The notes beneath the pieces are model-generated. The model worked only from the letters and a program-made list of their open reading frames with translations. It made no database searches and was not told where the DNA came from. From positions 48,217-112,216 of the IMG/VR virus record IMGVR_UViG_3300010262_000138: a DNA stretch of 64,000 nt; one strand, 5' to 3'. Every line of letters starts with the position of its first letter. The stretch's first letter is position 1. Positions 10,607 to 20,965 of the stretch are shown piece after piece. Made by a program: the position numbers and the translations under genes. This DNA is from a virus. Lineage: Duplodnaviria; Caudoviricetes.

Positions 10607-10758
10607 TTGTGGTCGAAGCTCCTACCGGATAGGAGTCGGCGGATCACCGATTCCTTAATCCCGATCCCTCATGGGGGTGGTGTTTCACCACCCCGCGCGA
10701 CAATTTTTCCCACACTCCTCTCACAATTTGCGTTTAAATATAGTAATGCCCGGTACAG

Positions 10759-10770
10759 TGATGTGGATGG
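10759..10770 (-). promoter_or_regulatory. CCATCCACATCA leader motif, copy 1
   Basis: Exact 12-mer, followed by CCGGGCATT. Confidence 0.6.
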
Positions 10771-10961
10771 ATTTTCCCACCAGTGGCGCAGCCACGTCGA
10801 TGGATTTTATATCTCATCCGCTACCGGGGCCAACCGGTATCGGAATCCTTGAGCGCGAACGGCAGGGCCAACCACCGTCCGGGCATACTATTCAAATTTA
10901 GCTGGGATTACGCGAAACACCCCATCAGTGTTTTTATGTACGTTTGAACCTTCAACTGCCA

Positions 10962-11927
10962 TTAAAACCCTGCCGCCTCCTCCACTCGTTTATGATTTCC
11001 TCCGCCGTAATAGACAAGCGGATTGACGAATATAAACTTCTTATTAACGCCCCACCCGTCACCATCAACCTGTGCGGCAATGTGCTGCTGCCGGCCATTA
11101 AGAGGGAAGGTTAACCGAAACAGATCTTCAGACAGACGCCTGGCGTTTTTCCGAGAATACCCTACAATATCGCAGAAATCGCCTATAGAAAGCGGTTCAA
11201 TTCTCCTCAGTCGGTTTTCCAACGGATTTTTACAGAGGATGTTATATTCCAGATTAGCGTAGGGCATAGCCCTCAGCAGGTATCCAAGCCTGACAATATC
11301 CTGCGGCCGTGAATTAAGATAAAAACTTTTCAATGCAGCGGAATATATCCTCGTAATACGTTTCCCTTCATCAAAAATCTGATTACGGAAAGAGTCCCTT
11401 ATTGACCCCCGTCGAAAATACTTCTGATCCAATTTACAGCGTCCACTATCTTTGAAGAATATCTCGCATCGCTTTACCTCATCCGTAAAATCATAAAACT
11501 GACTGGCGCTCAAATTCAACAAGCCGACAATATCACAGGATTTTAATACCGCGCCGTTGCTGTCGGTAATAACCCCATCATAGTCCATCCAATTAGCGAG
11601 ATACATCAGTCTCGTCAAATGGGCTGGGCTGATATTAGGAAAGAGACAATGGGATGTCTCATGGATGCTCCAAACAAAATTACCATATTTGGCAAAGGCG
11701 CTGTTGATCCGATTCCTTACCGGCACGCCCGGCGTTTCATCAGGAGGATGGAGATCTTCCAAAGAGCTCACAACTCCCTCAGAGGCTTTCTTACGGCGGA
11801 CCACCTTAAGCCTCTCAAATCTTACATCGTCCACACCGGATACTCTGGCCCCCGGACTCAGCACATCAATAACTTCACCCGTAGTTTCGGAAACCAATAA
11901 CATCCGCTCATTGATTCTGGTTGACAA
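10962..11927 (-). CDS. Putative phage replication initiator (wHTH)
   Basis: ...ETTGEV N-terminus, HTH-like segments, IFVNP C-terminus; adjacent to direct repeats and a large non-coding region. Confidence 0.55.
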   Translation of the reverse strand: MSTRINERMLLVSETTGEVIDVLSPGARVSGVDDVRFERLKVVRRKKASEGVVSSLEDLHPPDETPGVPVRNRINSAFAKYGNFVWSIHETSHCLFPNISPAHLTRLMYLANWMDYDGVITDSNGAVLKSCDIVGLLNLSASQFYDFTDEVKRCEIFFKDSGRCKLDQKYFRRGSIRDSFRNQIFDEGKRITRIYSAALKSFYLNSRPQDIVRLGYLLRAMPYANLEYNILCKNPLENRLRRIEPLSIGDFCDIVGYSRKNARRLSEDLFRLTFPLNGRQQHIAAQVDGDGWGVNKKFIFVNPLVYYGGGNHKRVEEAAGF

Positions 11928-11967
11928 ATTATATCTCCAATCTTCGTGTTTTATGGCAATTCGTTAA

Positions 11968-12018
11968 AAAATCTCCTCAAATACCAATAGGAAATGGGGT
12001 AAAATGTCCTCAAATACC
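11968..12018. repeat. 18-bp direct repeat pair AAAATnTCCTCAAATACC (iteron-like)
   Basis: Copies at 11968-11985 and 12001-12018, 17/18 identical, just upstream of the initiator-like gene. Confidence 0.75.
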
Positions 12019-12029
12019 GGAGTAACAAA

Positions 12030-13800
12030 AATGCCACTTAATCCCTGAAAAATCAGGGCTTTACTCGCTAAAATCTTCGGGCCGCCCTTCTATATCTACG
12101 CACAAGTCCGAGGGGGAGCCGCAGGACGTAGCTGCGACAAGCGAACGAGTATTTTGTTTGGAGAAACTATATGTAAATACCCAACGCTGAATGGAAGCGG
12201 AAAACAAAATGCGAAGTGAGCGCCCGTTCTCTTTACCAATAAAACCAAAGTCTAAAGAAAGCCTGTAGTGTAAAAGTAACTCAAGTGTTGTTCCTCCTTT
12301 AGTCGGCACATAAATCCAAATTATTCCAATCAATTTATTAGTTACATTAAATACTAAATATTAGCTTTGTGCCTATTGTAACATAATATCCAAAAAAGTC
12401 AAGTAGTCATTTAAGATTTTGTTTATTACTTTACTGATGCCTATAATATAATACCTAAAGCTAAGTAGTACCTCTGGCTTAAGGCAGTGCTGACAGCTAC
12501 GTTCCGTATCTTTTAAAAAATAAAATAACGTATCTCTTACCTGAAATACAGCAGTGCCTCTATAGATACGCAGTGCTGAACGATAAGTAATAAGATACGT
12601 ATTGATAGGCAGTTCCTCTGCCCGAAGTCAGTGCCTATGGGTTCATCGTTTCCATCGTTCTCTTAAAAAAATAAAAAATATCGCGTCTTAACACCTACAA
12701 CCTTGCACTTCCTTCAGTTAGAGGAACTGCCTATGTATCCACACCTTTTTTCTTCTACTGGCATGGTGAGGCGACGGCCTCTCATCGCTTGGAAGCGACT
12801 GGACAAATAGGGGACGCTGACGCTCCCCCTACCCCCATTTGTAGCCAGTCCCATCCAAACGAACGCACTCTCAACCCAACACGAACGTACCGTTCGCGCC
12901 GGGACCCTGAGTGCTTTCGAGGTTGGCGACGTCTCCGCAACCCCACCATGCCTTATCAGTGCGTAAATAAAGAATAGCACTCTATTACCGGGCTGCCGCC
13001 CAGACCTGCTCCTCGCCGGAAGGCAGGGAAAAAAGCTTTGCTTTATTCCTGTGCAAGAGGATAATCCGAGAACCTTTTGTCAATAGGACTTTCGCGGCAT
13101 ATGCTCGCCCTGCCGGGCTCCTCTATTCCACGTTCCATTGACAACCGGTTCCGCTCCATTGGAAAACTTTAGAGTAATCCTAAGTATTAAGCCAATGATT
13201 TGTTACAGGCAAAAAATAAAGCGAGACGATTTTGATCGCCTCGTTATTTCTTTTATAGGCAGCTTGCGGTAAATACCCGTACTGCCTTTATTCAAATGTG
13301 GCTAATAGTTTTCTTCCCCTCTACAGGAGAATGAATGCCTCTACTTATCGGCGCGTATTGGCTGAATGATTTATTATTTGTTTTAATTTTATGTGCTCAA
13401 TTCGCATCTTTTTCCCTTTAATCAAATGGGTAAGCATAATTTTACGCAGTGGTTTTGTTAGCGCTGGGCGGAACAGTTTGCACTGCACTGTCTTTCTTTA
13501 TTGCTATTTTGTAATTGCTTTTATTACAAGTTATGTAACTGAAGATGGTTAATAAATATTAGATGTTTTAATTATTATCGAGTAAACAGGTTGGAGATAT
13601 CGAAGTAAAGTGCCAGAAGTATCAGAGAGAGGTAAAAGAATAGCAGAATGGTAAGATTAAATGAGAATTTGATAATAGATGATGGAAAAATAATGGAGAT
13701 GGATTGATATAAGAGGGGAGGATCGAAGAGAAATTGAGGATAAAAGGGGTGGGAATTGAGAAATTTTAGGATGAGTGAGAAATACGAACTTATCCAATTC
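12030..13800. other. Probable replication origin / divergent control region
   Basis: No credible ORFs; perfect 15-bp IR 12605-12619/12720-12734; repeated GCAGTGC and CGTATCT units; AT-rich tracts; close to the strand switch. Confidence 0.5.
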
Positions 13801-14042
13801 CCCTGAAAAAAAGTCGCTCAAAAAATGTAAAATATCCCCTTGCCGGGTCAGGCTGATTTTCCCGTTTGGCACTAAGTGAAAATCTACCGGATTAGTGCAC
13901 TTTAACGGCCTACGTCCGTCCTGCATCTGCCTTGCATCCGGTTGCGGCTCTTGCGTTGACGTGGGCGCCTGGATAATCGCGGCATATGTGTATATATACA
14001 TACATATGATGAATAATATACATTTTTATTAAAAACTGTTGC

Positions 14043-14246
14043 TTATTCCTCATCTATCCCATCATCAGACAACACAACCTTCAACAGCGTACTTGTTACA
14101 AAACCGTTGAAACTCAAATTTTTCGCATCACAATACGCTTTTATCAACTCTAACTCATTTATTTTGAATTTTACGCCTATTGTCTTGTATGTTTTTTTGT
14201 CATATTGCTTTATATATTCTAATTGTTTTTTACTTGTTTTAGGCAT
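14043..14246 (-). CDS. Small ribbon-helix-helix-like regulator
   Basis: KQYDKKTY..I.V...IKAYC...LSFNGFV pattern; low GC. Confidence 0.65.
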   Translation of the reverse strand: MPKTSKKQLEYIKQYDKKTYKTIGVKFKINELELIKAYCDAKNLSFNGFVTSTLLKVVLSDDGIDEE

Positions 14247-14744
14247 ATTGCCATATCCTTTCTTTTCGCTTTTGAAAATGAATGAAAATTAAAGAAAAAC
14301 GCAGAAAACAAGAGATATTGCAATAAAAATGCGGAACAATTACGGGTAATCTCCCTTAATCGTCTAAAATAAGGTTTTACAACATAATAGCGACTATGCT
14401 AAGATATGACCATCAAATCAAACAACGATTTGTCCGGCGGCGCGGTTACGCCGATGTTGTAACGATTGACGCGGAAACGAGTGACCCGCCCAAAAGCGGG
14501 AAGGAACGAACCTTGACAAGACAGGCGCAAGCCGTCAAAGAATGCCGATGCCGATACCATCATTGACGCATCACGCCGGGCCGGAACCGTCCACCATAGC
14601 GGCAAAGGACCATCCCGGCAAGCATCTTTGACGCACTTAAACCTTGACCATAGCATAACACATGCAAAGCGATTTTGCAACGTGTGAACGGTTAGCGGCG
14701 CGGGGAACCGCGCATTACATAGGGTAACTATACCCATTTACAAA

Positions 14745-15500
14745 TTGAGAGGAGAAAAAACCATGACCAACACTAATAATGCTATCGTTACCAATGCAAG
14801 CATCATCGCCGGGTTGACTGCCGAAAACGTCAAGATTGACGTTAAGGCCAACAACAAAGTTTCCGTCGCGTGTGAAGTGTCCTTGCTGGACGGCGCAACG
14901 GAGATCGAGACAAAAGCCTATAAAGGCGCGGTAAAAACCCTTGCAAAGAAGGCGCTGCGGGAATACCATGAAAAGCTTTATCATGGGCACCCAATGCAGG
15001 CAATCGCAAATCACACCTATGATCTTTTCTTTGAAAGCGATGTTTTCTCCGCGACTATTCCCGCTATTGGCACATTGGACGCGGAAAACAAGGCACTCTA
15101 CAAAGAAAAAGTGCTTTACCTGCAAAAGTTTGGTAAAGAGTGGATCAATTCAGAGGACAAAGAAAGCAGGCTGCGCACAAAGCTTTTCACCGACATCAAA
15201 AAGGCAATGCAGGACATTTTCAGAGCGTTTGACCCGGAAACGAACATCAACCCGAATGACAAAGATGTCCGTATGTTCCTGTCTATCCTAGGCAAGATTA
15301 AAGGCGACAAATTCACCACTTCAGGAGATAGGGCCGTTATGGTTGCGGTAGAATTTGCCATCTATCATAAAATTCTGGGCAAAGAATACTTTATGGACCT
15401 TTACACCTCTAATAAGGACTGGGACGGCATAAAGGGAAAACCCGCAAAGGAAGATCCCGCGCAAGAGGAACCCGCGAAAGAGGAAAAAGAGGCTGCATAG
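14745..15500 (+). CDS. Hypothetical early protein (start probably 14763)
   Basis: GAGGAG RBS; 251-aa ORF; first gene of the plus block. Confidence 0.8.
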   Translation: MRGEKTMTNTNNAIVTNASIIAGLTAENVKIDVKANNKVSVACEVSLLDGATEIETKAYKGAVKTLAKKALREYHEKLYHGHPMQAIANHTYDLFFESDVFSATIPAIGTLDAENKALYKEKVLYLQKFGKEWINSEDKESRLRTKLFTDIKKAMQDIFRAFDPETNINPNDKDVRMFLSILGKIKGDKFTTSGDRAVMVAVEFAIYHKILGKEYFMDLYTSNKDWDGIKGKPAKEDPAQEEPAKEEKEAA

Positions 15501-15678
15501 CCTCTTTTTTCTTTGCTCTTTTTTTGAGAAGCCGTCCGGGCTTTCTTTTTTTCTTTACGGGCCAGGCCGCCAGGCCGCAAAACCCAGGAACCCAGGCCGC
15601 CAGGCCGCAGCTCCCACAAGTTGAATCAGAAATCCGAAATACGCCATAAGTGCGCCCAAACGCAGGACAGGAGGAACT

Positions 15679-16182
15679 ATGAACGGAATTTGTTTTTGTG
15701 TAAACCTTTTCAAGTTTGACGGTTTCACCGTCCAGCAAGGCATGATCTATGGAACCTACAGAGGCCGGAAGTTTGTCACAAATGGGTTAAAGTGTGGTCA
15801 GCCGCAGGGAAAAGGCCGTTATTATCCGGTTTACTTCCAGCACATGAACGAAGCTCTTGAAACTTCATGGGAGAGGTGCGCCCTTTCTTTCTACGATGAT
15901 CCGATTCTGTTTGACAAAATTGAACGCATGGCGGAAAAGCGGGAGGCAAAAGGCATAGAGCTTCACTATCTGACCCCGGCGGAACTTGAACATAAGAGAT
16001 GGGAAAAAGACCCGTACCATCATCATTTTCAGGATCATGATCCGTTTGCAACGCCGAAGGTAAGGGGATGCGCGAGGCCGCAGCAGGCCGCAAAGTACAA
16101 CGCATCCAAAGAGCGGAAGTGCATGGCGCAGAGGGTAAATACGGTCATCTATATCAACGGGAACAACGTGACCGTCATCTGA
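15679..16182 (+). CDS. Hypothetical protein
   Basis: AGGAGG RBS, 167 aa. Confidence 0.75.
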   Translation: MNGICFCVNLFKFDGFTVQQGMIYGTYRGRKFVTNGLKCGQPQGKGRYYPVYFQHMNEALETSWERCALSFYDDPILFDKIERMAEKREAKGIELHYLTPAELEHKRWEKDPYHHHFQDHDPFATPKVRGCARPQQAAKYNASKERKCMAQRVNTVIYINGNNVTVI

Positions 16183-16512
16183 GGGAGGCCGGGCATTATT
16201 GTCTGATTTGGAGGCCCGAAATCACCAACCACTTATTCATTTTCAGAGATGATATGCTCTACCGGGGTAACTATCCCTTTGAGCATGTCATCTTTGTTTT
16301 TTGTAATAAGAATCAGCAGCAGAGGCCATAAGTGCGCAATGATGCAGGCGGTGCGAACCCAAAACCTGAACCGGAAACCGGAATTTCAAATTGGATATGG
16401 TTTCGGATTTTGAAATTTGATTCAGGATTGGAATTTCAAATCTCGATCTCATTTTCCGGCTTGAAAACCTTTTGATCATATGCTATTATTTCACCAGAGG
16501 GAGGCGAGGCCC

Positions 16513-16761
16513 ATGACAGATAAAGAGTTATTACAGGCAATGGCCGATCTGATGGACTTAAAATTGAAGCCGATCAATGAACGGCTGGATAAGGTTGAGC
16601 AAGGCCAGACGGCTTTGCGTTCTGAAATGAATGAACGATTTGACGTTATAGACAAGCGACTTGATGAAATTCAGTCCGATCTTGACGATGCATGGGAAGA
16701 TGTAGCAACGGCTGAAAAGCGCATTAAGAAGCACGAAAAAGAATTTCATAATGTAGGATAA
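16513..16761 (+). CDS. Small coiled-coil protein with its own sigmaA promoter and terminator
   Basis: TTGAAA-17-TATTAT upstream, GGGAGG RBS, MTDKELLQA heptads, GC hairpin plus T-run at ~16785-16813. Confidence 0.75.
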   Translation: MTDKELLQAMADLMDLKLKPINERLDKVEQGQTALRSEMNERFDVIDKRLDEIQSDLDDAWEDVATAEKRIKKHEKEFHNVG

Positions 16762-16879
16762 ACCATAGCTAAAACCGCTGATAGGCCGCTCGGGATTCCG
16801 GGCGGCTTTTGTTATGCCTGAAATGGGTTTGGATTAGGATCAGAAATCCTATATAGGCAAGGGCAGAAAGGAAAACAGC

Positions 16880-17092
16880 ATGAATGAAATGTATAATATG
16901 GACACATTTGAAGCAATGATTGACGATTGGCTGGCCGACCATGCAGAAGAGATGTGTGACCTAGAGATTGACGGTATCGATCAGGAGGAGGGTTGCTACT
17001 CAGCCACCGCGCACGACGACGGGGCAGCATATTTGCTAACCGACGGCGGGGATGGGAACATAGTTATTAATTATATATGTAGTAGACGATGA
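16880..17092 (+). CDS. Small acidic hypothetical protein
   Basis: AAAGGA RBS, co-directional. Confidence 0.65.
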   Translation: MNEMYNMDTFEAMIDDWLADHAEEMCDLEIDGIDQEEGCYSATAHDDGAAYLLTDGGDGNIVINYICSRR

Positions 17093-17111
17093 TTGCAGAA
17101 AGGACATAAAC

Positions 17112-17255
17112 ATGACTTATAAGACAAGATACGCAGCCAAAAAGGCGAGAGACACCCAGCCCGAATACAGCAGCGCGGATGTAATCGTCAAAGTAGAGGG
17201 CGGTTATACTATTATGACCGCGTGGGACTATAAGGTTTGGAGAAGACAAAAGTAA
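17112..17255 (+). CDS. Small hypothetical protein (47 aa, below ORF-track cutoff)
   Basis: AAAGGA RBS; MTYKTRYAAKKA...VIVKVEGGY...WRRQK. Confidence 0.6.
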   Translation: MTYKTRYAAKKARDTQPEYSSADVIVKVEGGYTIMTAWDYKVWRRQK

Positions 17256-17340
17256 GAAAAGGAGGCGATACATATCGATTCTAAGGCTCCAAAACGCGCA
17301 TTCTTAATTGGAATTGGCCTTTCAATTAGGAAACGGAAAA

Positions 17341-17352
17341 CCATCCACATCA
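17341..17352 (+). promoter_or_regulatory. CCATCCACATCA leader motif, copy 2
   Basis: Exact 12-mer after a TTGGCC-loop hairpin. Confidence 0.6.
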
Positions 17353-17404
17353 ATGATTTGAGATATAAAAAACAATAACCAAACATTGAAAAGGAGAACT
17401 GAAA

Positions 17405-18244
17405 ATGAATAACGCTATTACTTTGTCCACTATTGACCGCGACCGCATCATCAAGGAGACCATCTATAAGAACGCATACGATTCCGGAGCCGGAGTCAAG
17501 TATACCCGAATTCCTCTCTACCTGCTTGAAGTCCCCAGTTTCCAGAGGCCGGAGCAGAGAAACGTCAAGCGGATTGCTGAGAACTGGGATGAAAGCAAGT
17601 GCGGAGCCATTACTGTTTCATACATAGAGGGCCGTTTTTACGTAACGGACGGACAGAACCGCCTTGCAGCGGCAAGACTGGTTGGCAAAGAAGATATCTA
17701 CTGCATGATCGTTCAGGAAAGCTACGAGGAAAGCGCGAGACGGTTTGCGGCACAGGATGAGAATAAGGTTAAGGTTTCCCGATACAGTAAGTTCCTCGCC
17801 TTGAAGGAAGCGAACGACAAAGTTGCAATGGGAATTTATGATGTATGCCAGAGGATGCAGATCAGGCTTGATCCCGACGTTCAGTCCGCGCAGGACAGGC
17901 TGAGATGTATGTCAGAGGTGGAGAAAATCTACCTCATTGGAGGCCCTGAAGGTCTTATGTGGGTATTTGAGACCATTGATAAGCTGAAATGGAGATATTC
18001 CATTGGAGCCTACAAGTCCCCAATCATTAGCGGGCTCGGCAGCGTTTATGAAAAGTTTTCACCATGCGCGGGAGCGGCGCAGAACATCATTGTCAGCGAT
18101 ATGAAGCAGTATAATCCGGAGGGATTCATGCGCAAATTTAATGCGTTTAATGACAACGCTTTCAAACGTCAGGTTAAAAACTACCTGTATGATTTGGTTA
18201 TGAAGAATCTGTGTGACTATAACGGAGCTGAGGAGGTTGGCTGA
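17405..18244 (+). CDS. ParB/Srx-fold protein (DUF6551-like)
   Basis: FQR...IAENWD...ITVS...YVTDGQNRL.A motif. Confidence 0.75.
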   Translation: MNNAITLSTIDRDRIIKETIYKNAYDSGAGVKYTRIPLYLLEVPSFQRPEQRNVKRIAENWDESKCGAITVSYIEGRFYVTDGQNRLAAARLVGKEDIYCMIVQESYEESARRFAAQDENKVKVSRYSKFLALKEANDKVAMGIYDVCQRMQIRLDPDVQSAQDRLRCMSEVEKIYLIGGPEGLMWVFETIDKLKWRYSIGAYKSPIISGLGSVYEKFSPCAGAAQNIIVSDMKQYNPEGFMRKFNAFNDNAFKRQVKNYLYDLVMKNLCDYNGAEEVG

Positions 18245-18500
18245 AATGCAGAAAACGGTCATCAATGGAGCCCTGCTGATTCTGGCGGGGCTCTTCTTTT
18301 CTCTCCTGACTGCATTGATGGGAGAGAGCGATATCACCGGAGGAATCTTTGTGATTCTGCTGGGGACCTGCGCCATAATTAGTGGATTTTGCAGAAAATC
18401 AAAAATGTGCTTGACAAAGCGGGGGAAAACCGCTAAGATTTGTCACAACACATATTTTTATTCTAACAAAAAGAAGAATAGAGAAAGGAAGCCGGCATGA
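18245..18500 (+). CDS. Small membrane protein
   Basis: GGAGG RBS before MQKTV; two hydrophobic helices. Confidence 0.6.
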
Positions 18501-18690
18501 ACAACTTTATTCAAAAGCTGAAACTGCTTTCACAGTTCATGATCTTCCCAAGCACGAGCGAGCTTGTTCGCATGTATGAATGCAAAAACGAAATTGCGCT
18601 TGACAATTGTGTGCGGTCCATCATCGTCCATCATCTCGACGGGACATATTAAGCGGCGCCGGGTTGGCCCCGGTGTTGACTTTTAGAAAA

Positions 18691-18741
18691 CCATCCACAT
18701 CACAGCCGGGCATTTTTGCGCCATTTTTCAGGAGGTAAGAA
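18691..18741 (+). promoter_or_regulatory. CCATCCACATCA leader motif, copy 3
   Basis: 12-mer plus a 36-nt block identical to copy 6. Confidence 0.65.
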
Positions 18742-18827
18742 TTTGGAAGGCTTCTATACCGGGTACGGATACAGTTTAGACGGCGTAGAGTACGCCACTA
18801 TTGACGAAGCGTGGGAGGCGCAAAGCG

Positions 18828-19097
18828 ATGCAGGAAATTAAAAACAAAACACTAATGCAGCGGCTTCTGGAGGCCGGATACCCGAGAGATCAGATGTTCA
18901 ATCACGAATCAGACCTTTATATTTTTGTTACGCCTCTCACAAAAAGAGTGGTTGAGGAATGGTGTAAGGAAAATAAGTTTGACCGCCATTGGATGTGCCC
19001 AATTTTTACAGACCAAATCACCGGACGGCCCATGTATGATTGTGCTTTTCAATACGACGATTGGTGGGATGAAAGAGCCCAGAAGAGGTGTCAGTAA
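18828..19097 (+). CDS. Hypothetical protein
   Basis: GGGAGG RBS; NHESDLY...F.DQI...YD..F motif. Confidence 0.7.
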   Translation: MQEIKNKTLMQRLLEAGYPRDQMFNHESDLYIFVTPLTKRVVEEWCKENKFDRHWMCPIFTDQITGRPMYDCAFQYDDWWDERAQKRCQ

Positions 19098-19426
19098 TGT
19101 CAAAACCGAACGATTTACTTTTTGAGAAGGCCGAAGATCTTGGATGGCGTGTCCACTTTTATGATGACAATTCCATTGAATTTGAAACCTATAGTCCGGC
19201 CGGAGAGGATTTTATCTTTTCAATTGAAGGCAGGGATATCGTCAGAGAGGTTGCAGAATACGCCTATGATTTTGATGCGGATGAACATGCCTCCATGTGG
19301 ATAAATGCCAGAGAAAGAGTGCCCGGAGTCCCCAAAAGTGTCCGTACTCTGATTGACGATGCGGATGAAATTCAAAAGATGCTGGACGAATTAGCATATG
19401 CGCTGCGAGAAATGGGGGAGAATTGA
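19088..19426 (+). CDS. Hypothetical protein
   Basis: Coupled ORF with YSPAGEDF motif. Confidence 0.7.
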   Translation: MSVMSKPNDLLFEKAEDLGWRVHFYDDNSIEFETYSPAGEDFIFSIEGRDIVREVAEYAYDFDADEHASMWINARERVPGVPKSVRTLIDDADEIQKMLDELAYALREMGEN

Positions 19427-19917
19427 ATATGCCTACACCGAAACAGAGGGAGCGCGAGGCTCTTGAGAGTATCAGAAACATCGTTAAGTCCCTTGGTGAT
19501 GATAGCTATATTGCCATTGCTCTTGAAGGATGCCTGGAGGACGCGGAGCGGAACATCGATGATGATGCCGCATACAGTATGAAGAACCGCCTTGAGAGCG
19601 CCGAAGACAAAATCCGTCAGGGTGAAGCGGAGTGGCAATTAATACGAAACAGTCTTGAGAGGGAACATCATATGGCTGAGGCTTTAAGATATGAATTGGC
19701 CGATGCTCAGGACGTGTGCAAACGGAAAGATGCGGAGATTTCCAAACTTAAATCCAGAATCAGCGAGCTGTTGGAAGATTCGAGACTAGGTTCGGATTAC
19801 ATTTTGGATCAGAGTAATCGTATCTGTGAGCTTCAAAGCAGAGCAGAGTACGCAGAAGCCGAAGTAATCCGGCTCAAGGCAAAGCTGTATGATGCGCTGA
19901 TTAAGGATAAGGAGTGA
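19423..19917 (+). CDS. Coiled-coil hypothetical protein
   Basis: Coupled ORF ending LKAKLYD. Confidence 0.7.
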   Translation: MNMPTPKQREREALESIRNIVKSLGDDSYIAIALEGCLEDAERNIDDDAAYSMKNRLESAEDKIRQGEAEWQLIRNSLEREHHMAEALRYELADAQDVCKRKDAEISKLKSRISELLEDSRLGSDYILDQSNRICELQSRAEYAEAEVIRLKAKLYDALIKDKE

Positions 19918-19922
19918 TTATA

Positions 19923-20339
19923 ATGAGTGGCGCGGAAAGCCTTCTTTGTGAAATCCTGTCCTGCGGGGTAGACGATTTGGAAATGCTTGACGGTTTCAGT
20001 CTTGACTGGGGCGAGGTATTGGACCAGATTGATTAGCCGCAGTACGGTCTTGGTTTTAACGATATTATGCGCGGCGTTTTCGCCTGTGGAATTATCAGAA
20101 TCGAAAACGAAATTGACTGCCGCATTTGCGATTTAGAAAGGAGTTGTTCCGGCGAAGAGGAAGAGGAGGAGCTGGCCGCCTTAAAGCTTTTGAATCCGAA
20201 TGAGGATATTACAGCATACTTCAACTGTTTGGACACCTATGTATACTTCCGGCAAAACGGGGAGATTTATCGCAGATATTTGGAGTATGAGCTTAATAAT
20301 TTCTATGACAACACCGGCTTTGAGATAGAAGGAGAATGA
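19923..20339 (+). pseudogene. Hypothetical gene interrupted by in-frame TAG at 20034
   Basis: AAGGAG RBS plus ATG at 19923 is in frame with ORF 20067-20339 across a single TAG. Confidence 0.6.
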
Positions 20340-20950
20340 ATATGGAAAACGAATTTGATGTTCACGAAACGATCTTATACCCGCTTACATATGACGATCT
20401 GGTGTTGATGGCGCAGAATACCAATCCGGCTCGCGGTTGTGTCGCAGAGGTTCTGCGGCGAGACCTGAAGGAGCTCCTGAAAAGCAAAGTAGAGGAATGC
20501 CTTGAGCTTTATGATGACCACATCGATGATATCTTTGCCGCTGCGTTTCCGGATGAAGGACTCAAAAACCATCCTGATTTCCCGGAAGAAAGGGCAGAGC
20601 AGCTTGCGCAGGAGATTTACAATTTCCTTCTGGCTCATGAGATGTGGATTGATACAAACATTTATTACAACGGAAAGTGTATGGCTACCAGCAATGCTGA
20701 TATGACCAAGTTCCGGTATAACGGCGAGCCATTCATTTTAGAGGATAAAGATCCTCGTAAGTGCTTTGAGTATGTGGCGAAGGAACACATTTTGAGCATG
20801 AGCTTTGAGGGGCCGTTCTACGAAGTTCTGAACGGATATGCCGGAGATTACGGTTGGGTTGTAGAGGATGAATTTTCAGATCTGCTAAAGAAATATGGAG
20901 TTTATTACGAATTGGGCAACGCATGGAATCTATCCTTATATCCGATTTAA
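20336..20950 (+). CDS. Hypothetical protein
   Basis: 204-aa coupled ORF. Confidence 0.75.
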   Translation: MNMENEFDVHETILYPLTYDDLVLMAQNTNPARGCVAEVLRRDLKELLKSKVEECLELYDDHIDDIFAAAFPDEGLKNHPDFPEERAEQLAQEIYNFLLAHEMWIDTNIYYNGKCMATSNADMTKFRYNGEPFILEDKDPRKCFEYVAKEHILSMSFEGPFYEVLNGYAGDYGWVVEDEFSDLLKKYGVYYELGNAWNLSLYPI

Positions 20951-20965
20951 GAGGGGAGAAGTAAG

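Noticed and set aside
20034-20036. Genome-wide stop-codon reassignment
   Set aside because: TAG and TGA terminate many normal genes, and core genes are not fragmented by them.
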